Shown here in pieces: positions 9,662-18,506 of a DNA stretch of 64,000 nucleotides. Every line of letters begins with the position of its first letter. The first letter of the stretch is position 1. Made by a program: the position numbers and the translations under genes. Source of the DNA: Candidatus Methanophagales archaeon (GTDB lineage Archaea; Halobacteriota; Syntropharchaeia; Alkanophagales; Methanospirareceae); assembly GCA_025966525.1 (NCBI GenBank), contig JAPDIG010000001.1, positions 13,435-77,434 of the forward strand, in the 5' to 3' direction. The notes below the pieces were generated by a model. It had not been told where the DNA came from. It ran no database searches and saw nothing but the letters and a program-made list of their open reading frames with translations.

Positions 9662-11307
9662 TTTTAGGAATCCACGACGGACACAACGCAACTGCCGCGC
9701 TTCTTAAAGATGGTGAAATAATAGCAGCCATCTCAGAAGAACGTTTGACTCGCAGAAAGAACGAACCGGGCTATCCTGTAAGGGCAATCAATAAAGTCTT
9801 AGAAATAACAGGATCTACACCTGCGGATATAGACTATGTTGCTTTAGCATCTGAGTTCTTACATCCAAAGGAGTTTTACATGGATTGGAACTGGTATAAG
9901 CGCGGCTATGAAGAAGAGCTATATGAAAAAGCAGATACAGAAGTATTTGAGCAATACAAAAACAAACGATTGGAAGAACGAAAAGAGACGATAATAGACC
10001 ATCTTGGAGTAGCAAAAGATATAATCATAGTCGTTGAACACCACTTGGCACATGCTTCTGCTGCATACTTCGGGTATGGCAAAAAGGGATGTTTAGTATT
10101 AACCCTTGACGGTTCCGGTGACGGTATCTGTGCAACCGTGAACAGAGGCTTGAACCGAATAGCGGAAACGCCTAATAGCGCCTCGATTGGTAAAATTTAC
10201 TCGCGTGTGACTTATCTACTCGGCATGAAACCCTGGGAACACGAATACAAGCTGATGGGATTAGCGCCTTATGCGAGCGAAGATGGCGTTAAGAAGTCGT
10301 ATCAGGTGCTTAAAAAACTGATAAGGGTAGATAATGGCTCTTTAGTCTTCAGGAATAACGGGCTATCTACGAATTTTTGCTACCAGTATTTGCGGAAATA
10401 TCTAGAGAACCATCGTTTTGATCATATTGCTGGTGCTGTACAGAAGCTAACTGAGGATGTCGTCTTGAATTGGGTAAGAAATGCAATGAACCACACGAGT
10501 GAGCGAGAAATAGCATGCGGTGGCGGCGTATTTATGAATGTGAAACTCAATATGCTACTTTGCGATATCGTAGATAACCTTTTTATTTTTCCAAGTTGTG
10601 GCGACGAATCTTTAGCTATCGGCGCGGCTTATTATGTCTATTACAAACACGAGAACAGAATGCCAAAGCCTTTTAATAATATCTATCTAGGACCCGAGTA
10701 CACACAAGAAGAAGTTAGCTCCTTTTGTGAGCAACTCAAGGACTATAATGTCTATAAGAGTGCGAATATCAACAAAGAAATTGCGGATTTGCTTAGCGAC
10801 GGCGAGATAGTAGCAAGGTTCAATGGGCGAATGGAGTGGGGTGCGCGAGCTCTGGGGAACAGGAGCATACTTGCGAACCCCTCAGACCTGAACAAAGTTA
10901 AGGAATTGAACATCATGATCAAAGCGCGCGACTTCTGGATGCCTTTTGCACCCACAATATTGCACGAACGGCAGCATGACTATATACTTAACGAGAAAGA
11001 AATAGAATCACCGTACATGATGGTTGCATTTAGAACAACGAAGCGTGCGAGAAAAGAGCTGGCTGCCGCTGTTCATCCTTATGATTATACTGCACGACCT
11101 CAAATTTTGAAGAGAAAAAGCAACCCGGACTATTATGACTTAATAAAGGAATTCGAGAAGATTACCGGTATCGGTGCGGTGCTAAATACTTCATTTAACC
11201 TGCATGGCGAACCGATAGTGTGTAGCTTAGAGGACGCTTTTTATACTTTCATGCGTTCGGGCTTGCAGTTCTTAGCTGTTGGTGGTTATCTAATAGAAAA
11301 AAGATAA
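9655..11307 (+). CDS. Carbamoyltransferase (NodU/CmcH family)
   Basis: N-terminal MLILGIHDGHNATAALLKDGEIIAAISEERLTRRKN and EHHLAHASAAYFGYG are hallmark motifs of the family. Length 550 aa. Confidence 0.75.
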   Translation: MLILGIHDGHNATAALLKDGEIIAAISEERLTRRKNEPGYPVRAINKVLEITGSTPADIDYVALASEFLHPKEFYMDWNWYKRGYEEELYEKADTEVFEQYKNKRLEERKETIIDHLGVAKDIIIVVEHHLAHASAAYFGYGKKGCLVLTLDGSGDGICATVNRGLNRIAETPNSASIGKIYSRVTYLLGMKPWEHEYKLMGLAPYASEDGVKKSYQVLKKLIRVDNGSLVFRNNGLSTNFCYQYLRKYLENHRFDHIAGAVQKLTEDVVLNWVRNAMNHTSEREIACGGGVFMNVKLNMLLCDIVDNLFIFPSCGDESLAIGAAYYVYYKHENRMPKPFNNIYLGPEYTQEEVSSFCEQLKDYNVYKSANINKEIADLLSDGEIVARFNGRMEWGARALGNRSILANPSDLNKVKELNIMIKARDFWMPFAPTILHERQHDYILNEKEIESPYMMVAFRTTKRARKELAAAVHPYDYTARPQILKRKSNPDYYDLIKEFEKITGIGAVLNTSFNLHGEPIVCSLEDAFYTFMRSGLQFLAVGGYLIEKR

Positions 11308-11335
11308 CTAAAAGCCGGAGAGCAAGCTGGCTCGC

Positions 11336-11581
11336 TTATGGACGAGCCAGCTCACCAACGGCTTGGTAATGCAATTTCAGCACATTGTACTTCACTGCTT
11401 GCCTGTTGATTTGTACGCCATCGGGGTCGTATCTTCGTATCTTCACCTCGAGTAATCCGTCAGCACCTTGCAGGAACTGCGTCGTTGGTATCACAGCAAT
11501 GGGCGGGAAACCTGTCGGTAACGGTATTATGCTCGTGCTCGCAGCCCATGTCGTCTCTATTATGATGTCACACTGTTTCAT
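11336..11581 (-). CDS. hypothetical protein (paralogue of 11596..11907)
   Basis: C-terminal YQAVGELARP parallels YRAVGELVRT of the neighbouring gene. Confidence 0.35.
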   Translation of the reverse strand: MKQCDIIIETTWAASTSIIPLPTGFPPIAVIPTTQFLQGADGLLEVKIRRYDPDGVQINRQAVKYNVLKLHYQAVGELARP

Positions 11582-11595
11582 TTCTTATCCTCTTT

Positions 11596-11907
11596 TTATG
11601 TTCTGACTAACTCGCCAACCGCACGGTACTTAACGACCAACACTGCACCAGCTCCTATATCCTTATCAGCTTTTTTGAGGTTGAAACTACGAGCTGTGTA
11701 TGCCGATGGCACATCAGGGATATGTGGAGCAGCGCCTACTGTTGAAGCATACAGTATTGCCGGCCCCATGGATGCACTTGTCGTTGTAGGCATCCACGCT
11801 ATATCTGGATATCCAGCAGGTATCACAAACGGACCGCCAGTAGTCGGGGTTAATTTTGCAGTAGTTGCACCTACTTTCGTTGGTACCCGTATATATGCCT
11901 CTTTCAT
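11596..11907 (-). CDS. hypothetical protein (paralogue of 11336..11581)
   Basis: C-terminus shared with the downstream ORF. Gly/Ala/Thr/Pro-rich. Confidence 0.35.
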   Translation of the reverse strand: MKEAYIRVPTKVGATTAKLTPTTGGPFVIPAGYPDIAWMPTTTSASMGPAILYASTVGAAPHIPDVPSAYTARSFNLKKADKDIGAGAVLVVKYRAVGELVRT

Positions 11908-11927
11908 TTTTTATCTCACCTCCTCAC

Positions 11928-13046
11928 TCATGGCAAGTTCACTTTTATGCCCTGTAAGCACGCTATTATCCCCGCCGTCGGTATATTACCGTCATCAGCC
12001 GAGATTGCTGTCCCGTCATCGTATATAACCACTCTGCCCTTCTCGTTGTGTATCAGATACCCCATCGGTAGCAACGGCATTGGCACAAACAGCGGGAAGT
12101 TCTGCGGGAACAGTGGATAGCCGTGCCCGAAATGCAGTGGGTTGTTGTTGTAATCCACCCTGAACAGCTTCTCATCGCCCGCACTTCTCGGATACTCCCT
12201 GTCTCCTATCTTCAGTCCCATATACTTCAGGTGCGTATGCGACCTGACACCTATACCCTTTATGAACAGCGCTTCTGAAGTGCCATAGTCGAAATACAGG
12301 TTCTCCCAGTCGTTCGCTACATCGCCATCGCTATAATTGAAATCGAATGGTGTATTCGCCGTCGTTGCTACTTTGTTGTAAGCGTAGCGAATCATCGGCA
12401 TGATCTCAGGCTTTGACTGCTTCACACCGCCTACAAACATGTCCCAGTTCTTTATGCTCACATCTATCGCATCCTTTGTTACGCTCAGACTCTTACCCCT
12501 GTTGCGGTCCTCAATTGTCGCCTCTGCACCGTACACTGTATCGCCAAACACTGACCTCAGCATCGCCTCGCCCTTATACAAACGCCCCCACACACGTATC
12601 CGATAGTCTTCGGTAATGTCTGAGCTACCCGCAAAAGTCCGTATCGATATTGTCTTCTTCGCCTTCAATGTCGTGTTAAGGAACGGGTCCTCGATACCGG
12701 GCGTACCAAAGCTGAAGACTGCACGAGTCGTTTGCAATGGTGCAGGGCCACTCATCTGGCTTATCCGCGGTGGCGCCATGTTCGATGTGTATCGCCCGGA
12801 CAGGCTAACATACTCCTCGATCGCCGCGCCATCTATCACCGGTATCACCTGCTTGAGGTCTTCTCCCGGCCAGCCCGCATTCGGACTGAATATCTCTATA
12901 TACTCGATCTCTGCAACTTCATCGCTCTCAAGCCGCTTCGCTGTGAAGTCGTATCTATCGCCCGCAGACTGCGTCCCCGTATGCTCGAAATCCGCTAACA
13001 GCGTCGGCTGCAAAAGGTTCCCTACCGCTCCTATCTCTTCTGCCAT
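11928..13046 (-). CDS. hypothetical protein, possibly structural (capsid or envelope-like)
   Basis: 372-aa ORF with a strong AT-rich promoter-like region immediately upstream (13050-13150). No enzymatic motif. Confidence 0.4.
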   Translation of the reverse strand: MAEEIGAVGNLLQPTLLADFEHTGTQSAGDRYDFTAKRLESDEVAEIEYIEIFSPNAGWPGEDLKQVIPVIDGAAIEEYVSLSGRYTSNMAPPRISQMSGPAPLQTTRAVFSFGTPGIEDPFLNTTLKAKKTISIRTFAGSSDITEDYRIRVWGRLYKGEAMLRSVFGDTVYGAEATIEDRNRGKSLSVTKDAIDVSIKNWDMFVGGVKQSKPEIMPMIRYAYNKVATTANTPFDFNYSDGDVANDWENLYFDYGTSEALFIKGIGVRSHTHLKYMGLKIGDREYPRSAGDEKLFRVDYNNNPLHFGHGYPLFPQNFPLFVPMPLLPMGYLIHNEKGRVVIYDDGTAISADDGNIPTAGIIACLQGIKVNLP

Positions 13047-13189
13047 TTTCTATTTGCATCACCTCAGTTATCACTTTTAAGTCTATATATAAATACCCTA
13101 TCACCTATATACAGTATATAGAGCATATAGTAAATATGGATGTGGAGTAAATACTTTAAATAGTATATTGCTTATTATTATACGATGAG

Positions 13190-13366
13190 GGATGAGGCGC
13201 GCGAGGAGCGAGGGCGATACGAAGCATATCACTCTGGATAGAAACTCATATTACAAACTATTAGAACTAAAAGGCCGATTAAAAGCCGCTACATGGGCAG
13301 AACTCGTGGATAAACTAGTAAGTATGACTGAAGAATACGAGCGAAGGCGCTATAAACCCGTGTATT
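13190..13366 (+). CDS. Small ribbon-helix-helix-like protein (below ORF-track cutoff)
   Basis: Translation MRRARSEGDTKHITLDRNSYYKLLELKGRLKAATWAELVDKLVSMTEEYERRRYKPVY. The beta-strand then two-helix pattern is typical of CopG/Arc folds. Confidence 0.3.
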
Positions 13367-13370
13367 GACT

Positions 13371-13889
13371 TTAATACACAGGCGGGTACTTCTTCGCGCT
13401 CGACTTTGACTTACTACTATTTCCAGCCTCGTTCACTTCCAGCTCTTTCGCTTTATCTAGCACTGACTTCTTCGCTGGTCCCAAAGTCTTCATACCTACA
13501 CTGCCGTTACCCTTATTCTCGCTCGATATGGCATTACTCACTGGCTCGCCAAGCAGGTCTAACATGCCCGCCCGTGACGCCAGTAACAAGGTCTCGCCAA
13601 GCTTACCCTCCTGCTGCTCGCTCAGCCGGTCAAGTGCTAATGCCGCTATCAGCCTCGCACGCTGCGCAGGGTCCATCTTCGCTATCTTCGCCGCAAGATT
13701 GTTTAGTATACGCTGCCCCAACGGACGATAAACCATGACATCGAGCACATCGCTACTGAGCCCGCCTTCACTATCACTATCTCCGCTCTTCTTGGATAGC
13801 TGCATGAGCACTATCGGCAGTATGTTATCCGAGTTCGCGCCTACGCCTCCGCCGAGCATGCTCATGTATAATAACGATTGCGCATCCAT
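13371..13889 (-). CDS. hypothetical protein
   Basis: 172-aa ORF with a Lys/Ser-rich C-terminus. Confidence 0.35.
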   Translation of the reverse strand: MDAQSLLYMSMLGGGVGANSDNILPIVLMQLSKKSGDSDSEGGLSSDVLDVMVYRPLGQRILNNLAAKIAKMDPAQRARLIAALALDRLSEQQEGKLGETLLLASRAGMLDLLGEPVSNAISSENKGNGSVGMKTLGPAKKSVLDKAKELEVNEAGNSSKSKSSAKKYPPVY

Positions 13890-13973
13890 GTTTTGTTATT
13901 AGGTGTGTATATATAAAAAGGTTTAGATTTAAATGCATCTTGTAGAATGCTTCTCCGTTAGAGAGGGAGAACA

Positions 13974-14330
13974 TCAGACCCTTCTAAGCGTAACAGGTCT
14001 TACTACCCCGCCCGGATAGCATTCTATGATGCAGATATACTCGCCAGCTCTCGCCTTCTCGGGTATTTTTATCGCTTCGCGACGGCGTACGCATGTCCCT
14101 GCTCTAATACCCGGTACTTTTTCTGTAATTGGCGGGATGTATGTCGGTCCCTTAAAGGTCTTTCGTATCTCCGCATCTAACACTCCACCACCAACATTGC
14201 ACACATCGAAGACGATGTAAACAGTTTCCCCTGGTTTTACGGTCGCAGGCTCTGCATGTGCATTCCTGATGTCACATTTTGGTAATGCCTCTTCTACTCT
14301 AAATCTTACTTCTTCCTTTTCTTCTGCCAT
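13974..14330 (-). CDS. hypothetical protein
   Basis: 118-aa ORF preceded by an AT-rich promoter-like sequence. Confidence 0.35.
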   Translation of the reverse strand: MAEEKEEVRFRVEEALPKCDIRNAHAEPATVKPGETVYIVFDVCNVGGGVLDAEIRKTFKGPTYIPPITEKVPGIRAGTCVRRREAIKIPEKARAGEYICIIECYPGGVVRPVTLRRV

Positions 14331-14383
14331 CTTATCTTGCCTCCATATTAATTATTGCTGATGCGCATATAAAAAGATTTGCC

Positions 14384-14780
14384 TGAGGCATGACGGGGAG
14401 GTGTAGAACAGTGGAGTGGAAATTCGAGTGGTTGCCTCAACTGTTTGCCCCGCCATGCCTAATATTTTTATAGATTTATAGCAGAAGACACACCTCTTGA
14501 CGGTGTGATGAATGCGCTCCTTCACATCACATTAAACTATTTAAATAGTAAGATAATATATAATATTACCCGGCCGTGCCGGGTAGCCGAGGGAGAGGGG
14601 GAGATGCGAGCGAAGTGCAACAACCGCGTGAAACCGCTTCAGAAGGCAGGTACCTATCTGAAGGGTAAGCCCAGCGAGAAGCTGGCGGGGGCGATAGATG
14701 AACTCGCCCGAACCATCGATGATTCCGGGCTGGAACCCTGGATGAAGATGGAAACTCACCTGCTTGTAGGTGAGTAGTTC
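14384..14780 (+). mobile_element. Miniature non-autonomous IS200/IS605-type element (MITE-like) retaining the LE hairpin plus the tnpB 3' end / omega-RNA region and the RE hairpin
   Basis: LE matches the full IS at 18.5-20.16 kb (cagaagacacacctcttgacggtgtgatgaatgcgc, with an upstream long hairpin aggcatgacgggg...ccccgccatgcct). The internal 270 bp is near-identical to the 3' end of tnpB at 18512. It ends ...cacctgcttgtaggtgagtagttca at 14780. Confidence 0.7.
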
Positions 14781-14915
14781 ATTCTCCAACACAACCATCC
14801 CCCACTGTACACAATCAAATGTGGAGATAAAACGAAGAAGCGGTATAGTATAAAGCTAGCAGTTGCAGATTACGAATTTGCTAAAAGTTTCGCAAGTGCA
14901 CTAAGGAAAATAGGT

Positions 14916-15365
14916 TTGCATCCCCATACATGGAAAGAGAAAAATGTAAGGAAGGGGAGAGAAAACGAACAAAAACTGTGGCATACCGAAGCGAATAGTA
15001 AAACTTTCGTCCGTTTTTTCTTATCGTTAAAAGATGACTGGAATGAGTTTGAAAAGTTCGTTAGAAGCTGTCCGAAAGGAAAAGAAATGTTCTTGCGAGG
15101 GTTCTATGAAAGTGAGGGACACCATGGAGTGTATGTTTATCGGAATAGTAAAGGAATTCGACGCGTTAGAGAGCTGCATTTCACTAATACTAACCCTCAC
15201 TTAGTTAAAATAACAATATCGTTTCTGCGCGAATTGGCATTCCATCCCTATACTTCTATCGAAAAGCGAAGACAGCTCGGCTGGAAAGATTGCATAACTA
15301 TCCGTCTCCCACCAAGAGAGCACAGGAGATTCCTCGCTCTTATATCACCAGTTATCAAAAAATAA
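14916..15365 (+). CDS. LAGLIDADG-like protein. The frame is open back to 14778, immediately after the MITE, so the 5' region may be disrupted
   Basis: FLRGFYESEGHH is paralogous to LRGFFEAEGSV in the 2879..3670 gene. The in-frame upstream extension RYSIKLAVADYEFAKSF abuts the MITE right end. Confidence 0.35.
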   Translation: MHPHTWKEKNVRKGRENEQKLWHTEANSKTFVRFFLSLKDDWNEFEKFVRSCPKGKEMFLRGFYESEGHHGVYVYRNSKGIRRVRELHFTNTNPHLVKITISFLRELAFHPYTSIEKRRQLGWKDCITIRLPPREHRRFLALISPVIKK

Positions 15366-16196
15366 AAGAAAAGAGGGAAAAAATCCGGTTTTTAAGCCCG
15401 CTCAAGCCGCACGCCGGCTATACGCTCCGCCACGCGTTGCTAATACGCGTATAGCGCACTCTCGTGCCGCTGTTAGCCTTCTCTCCCGCTCAGCGTCGTC
15501 ACATGCTACATATTTCTTACCAGGTGCGCCCGGCACGGGCATACCTATCGCAGCTTCCGACATACCTCGCGGGAGGCACTTGTCCGGCAGTGAGCAGTTC
15601 GCCCTCATGTTCGCCGCTGTCCACTTCGTCCTCGCTATGAGACCGGGACTGGACACGATGTTCTTCGCTCGCCTCGTGTACTTACCCATAGCGACACCGC
15701 CGCCAGGCTGTAGCATGCGGCTATTCACGACCGTCTTCTGTGTGAAGTCCGCCAGAGTCAAATATGTCATCTTTTGCCACTCACCTCCTTTTGTATTCTA
15801 TATTTCAATTATAAATCGCTATTATATAAAAATAACCACTCACAAGGTGTGGATTGATAATTAATAGGCTAATAGAAGGGATAGTGGCGATACTAAAAGT
15901 TTATATAACATATTACTACAACCTTTATATAAGAGGGTGTATAGAAAATGGAAGAAAAGAGTGAAAGGGCGACTTTGAGCTCGAGTGTGAAGAAACAGAA
16001 GGTGGAGCTGGACATACACGCGGTTGGGATATTGAACGAAGTGCGTGACAGGATAAAGAGCGAAGGCAAGAGCGGGATAACATATTCAGACGCGATAAGG
16101 TGGCTTGCGGTGAAAGCGGGCGTGCGTGAGGGCACGATGTAGCGGCGCCAAACAAGAAGGTTTTTATAACATAACCACCAATGTAGAATTAATTGG

Positions 16197-16571
16197 ATGG
16201 CGACGGACATCGAGCTGACTTTAGGCGAGCATACGGTAAAGTGGTCGAAGACGGGTTATGAAGACCTGATAGCGAAAATAAATGTAACTGATACGGGCGT
16301 CTCATGTGTCAGTGTTGATGTTCCGGGTGGTGCATGTGGCAGCAGTACGCCCCCGGGTGTGGTTATTTCAGACTTCACAGTGACGGGATACTTGAAGGAG
16401 ATAATTAAGAATTTCGATAGTTGGGTAACGAGTAAGGGTGGAAAGGATAGCATTAAATATGCAGATGTTCTTGAGATAGGAGATGCGTACTTAGGGATTG
16501 TAGATATAGGATTTACGCCTACTTATGACAATGTATTGACTGCGGGAGATTATTATCTTGGGTTAGGGTAA
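16197..16571 (+). CDS. hypothetical protein
   Basis: 124-aa ORF co-oriented with 16629..17858. Confidence 0.35.
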   Translation: MATDIELTLGEHTVKWSKTGYEDLIAKINVTDTGVSCVSVDVPGGACGSSTPPGVVISDFTVTGYLKEIIKNFDSWVTSKGGKDSIKYADVLEIGDAYLGIVDIGFTPTYDNVLTAGDYYLGLG

Positions 16572-16628
16572 AATGGCAAAAATTCAAATATACAGGGGGT
16601 ATAATCAAATATAGGGAGCGGGAATAGG

Positions 16629-17858
16629 ATGACACTCACTGATGCGGGTCGAGAATACATAGCGAAGAACATAGGTGTAGGGAATTGTTGGGTTTACAGC
16701 GGTTTATCATGGACTGCGGTGAGTGTAACTGGCGATAGGGTTGATAGAACTGGCGGAACTGGTAAAGCAGTAAAAGACATTATAGATCCTACAACAGACC
16801 ATATAGAGATTGGCGGGTTAAGCATATCGAAGACAACATTAAGAGACAACAATGGCGGTAATGATGTTACAATATCCGATGTTACGGGCGAGATTTTGAA
16901 AAATGATGGTTATCCAGCGGGTGAAAACCAGTATTGTGTAGGTACGCCCACTCCTACTCCCACACCTACGCCTGTTCCCGGAAAGGTAAAACTATGCGTA
17001 TTAACTGATCCCGAGTTTGCTGATATATACCTTGATGATGAAACTGAACCCAATCCTGACCTATCGCCATCGCGTAGGGTGCCACCGTATAAGTGTACAG
17101 AGGTTACAGCGGGACCAGCTCCGGGAGGAATAAAACACAAAGTTGTAGCGAAGAAGGAGGGTTATAAAGATGCGGTAGAGTATCCTGCTTGCATCATAGG
17201 TCAAGATACATATCTAACTCTTGGTTTAGAGCCGGAATCGGGTCCGGGCGTTGGAGTGCTCGAATTACGCGCATATAAAGCGGGGACAACTGAAGAAATA
17301 AATGCGAACTTCGATATAGAGGGGATAAGTGGCGAAGAGAAATACCTGACGCCACATACAATGAATATCAAAGCGGGAACTTACGACTGGATACGGTTCT
17401 ATTGCACAGGCTTTGAGGATTATGAGGTCGAAAATGTGGTAGTAAAAGAGGGCGAAACGACGACAGTAAACGCATACATGAAGCCTAAGAAGCTGTGGAA
17501 AGAAGTTTACGTTGGACCACCAATAGCGAAAGTAGCGCTTGATGATTTTGAAATACCCAGTCGGTTATACTGGAATAACACATACGATTTCAGTGTCACT
17601 TTGAGATGCTTCGAGGCGGGCTGGTATTATGCGAACATGGATCTACGAGAGCCGGGGAAGTTCCTCGAAACAGGTGATCCAGCCGACTTGGGGGCGACAA
17701 AATGGACAATACCACTTCCTGAAAAAGAGATAGGATTCTGGGACATCGGGAAAAAAGTTATGCTAGAAACGAGGAGAATAGTACCGGGAGCGGATGTGCT
17801 ACCAGCGGGCACATATATAGTTGTTGCAGTAGCATATACGGGAAGGAGAGGAGTGTGA
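16629..17858 (+). CDS. Secreted/surface protein with a Thr-Pro linker
   Basis: The [14 protein letters not shown] linker separates an N-terminal domain from C-terminal beta-rich domains. Confidence 0.45.
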   Translation: MTLTDAGREYIAKNIGVGNCWVYSGLSWTAVSVTGDRVDRTGGTGKAVKDIIDPTTDHIEIGGLSISKTTLRDNNGGNDVTISDVTGEILKNDGYPAGENQYCVGTPTPTPTPTPVPGKVKLCVLTDPEFADIYLDDETEPNPDLSPSRRVPPYKCTEVTAGPAPGGIKHKVVAKKEGYKDAVEYPACIIGQDTYLTLGLEPESGPGVGVLELRAYKAGTTEEINANFDIEGISGEEKYLTPHTMNIKAGTYDWIRFYCTGFEDYEVENVVVKEGETTTVNAYMKPKKLWKEVYVGPPIAKVALDDFEIPSRLYWNNTYDFSVTLRCFEAGWYYANMDLREPGKFLETGDPADLGATKWTIPLPEKEIGFWDIGKKVMLETRRIVPGADVLPAGTYIVVAVAYTGRRGV

Positions 17859-17864
17859 TAAGAG

Positions 17865-18209
17865 ATGGGCGAGAAAGTGCTTGAAGTTGTGATAGGACGA
17901 GTGGATGTGGGTGGTGGTGGACCGGTAACAACACCCACGCCGGGACCTACACTCCCAATAATAGAAGCATTTATAGAGGAGCATCGCAAGCTAAAAGAGA
18001 TCATAGATCGATACGGGGCACGAGGAGTATGTGTTACTCGCAGCGCACTGGAGAAAGAAAGCGGGATATCGGGAGAGCAACTTGATCGCCATATTCGCGT
18101 CTTTACCGGCTCTGATGCTGCGACACACATAACGGAAGAAGGCGAAGAGGTTTTGTGCGGAAAACGGGCAATAGAGGAGTTAAAACGCAAGTTGGAGGTG
18201 GAGTTGTAA
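17865..18209 (+). CDS. hypothetical protein (tandem paralogue of 18155..18463)
   Basis: IEAFIEEHRKLKEIIDRYGARGVCVT...VLCGKRAIEELKRKL is parallel to IMRHEMIKSIIDSLGFKGMCAT...VLCGRESIRVLERRL. Confidence 0.4.
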   Translation: MGEKVLEVVIGRVDVGGGGPVTTPTPGPTLPIIEAFIEEHRKLKEIIDRYGARGVCVTRSALEKESGISGEQLDRHIRVFTGSDAATHITEEGEEVLCGKRAIEELKRKLEVEL

Positions 18210-18463
18210 TGGCAGGAGAGATAGATGACTTTATAATGCGACATGAGATGATCAAGTCAATAATTGATAGCTTGGGGTTTAAAGGCATGTGTGCGACTTT
18301 GGAAGCGATAAAGGAACATATAGACATTAGCGATGAAGAGATGCGACTCCACAAAGCGCTTTTTGAGATAGACGGCTATTCTGCTGAGGTAAGTCCGAAT
18401 GTTCTGTGCGGCAGAGAGAGCATACGCGTGTTGGAACGTCGACTAACACAGGCTCTGGAGTAG
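18155..18463 (+). CDS. hypothetical protein (tandem paralogue of 17865..18209)
   Basis: See the paralogue entry. Conserved LCG and charged helix. Confidence 0.4.
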   Translation: MRKTGNRGVKTQVGGGVVMAGEIDDFIMRHEMIKSIIDSLGFKGMCATLEAIKEHIDISDEEMRLHKALFEIDGYSAEVSPNVLCGRESIRVLERRLTQALE

Positions 18464-18506
18464 GGTTCATCTTTTCCTTCTCTTTTTCCTTTTCCCCGCT
18501 TGTTCC

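Noticed and set aside
17627-18244. 205-aa minus-strand ORF overlapping 16629-17858 and the paralogue pair
   Set aside because: Overlaps three co-oriented plus-strand genes that have RBSs and paralogue support. Its composition is Ser/Pro/Thr low-complexity.
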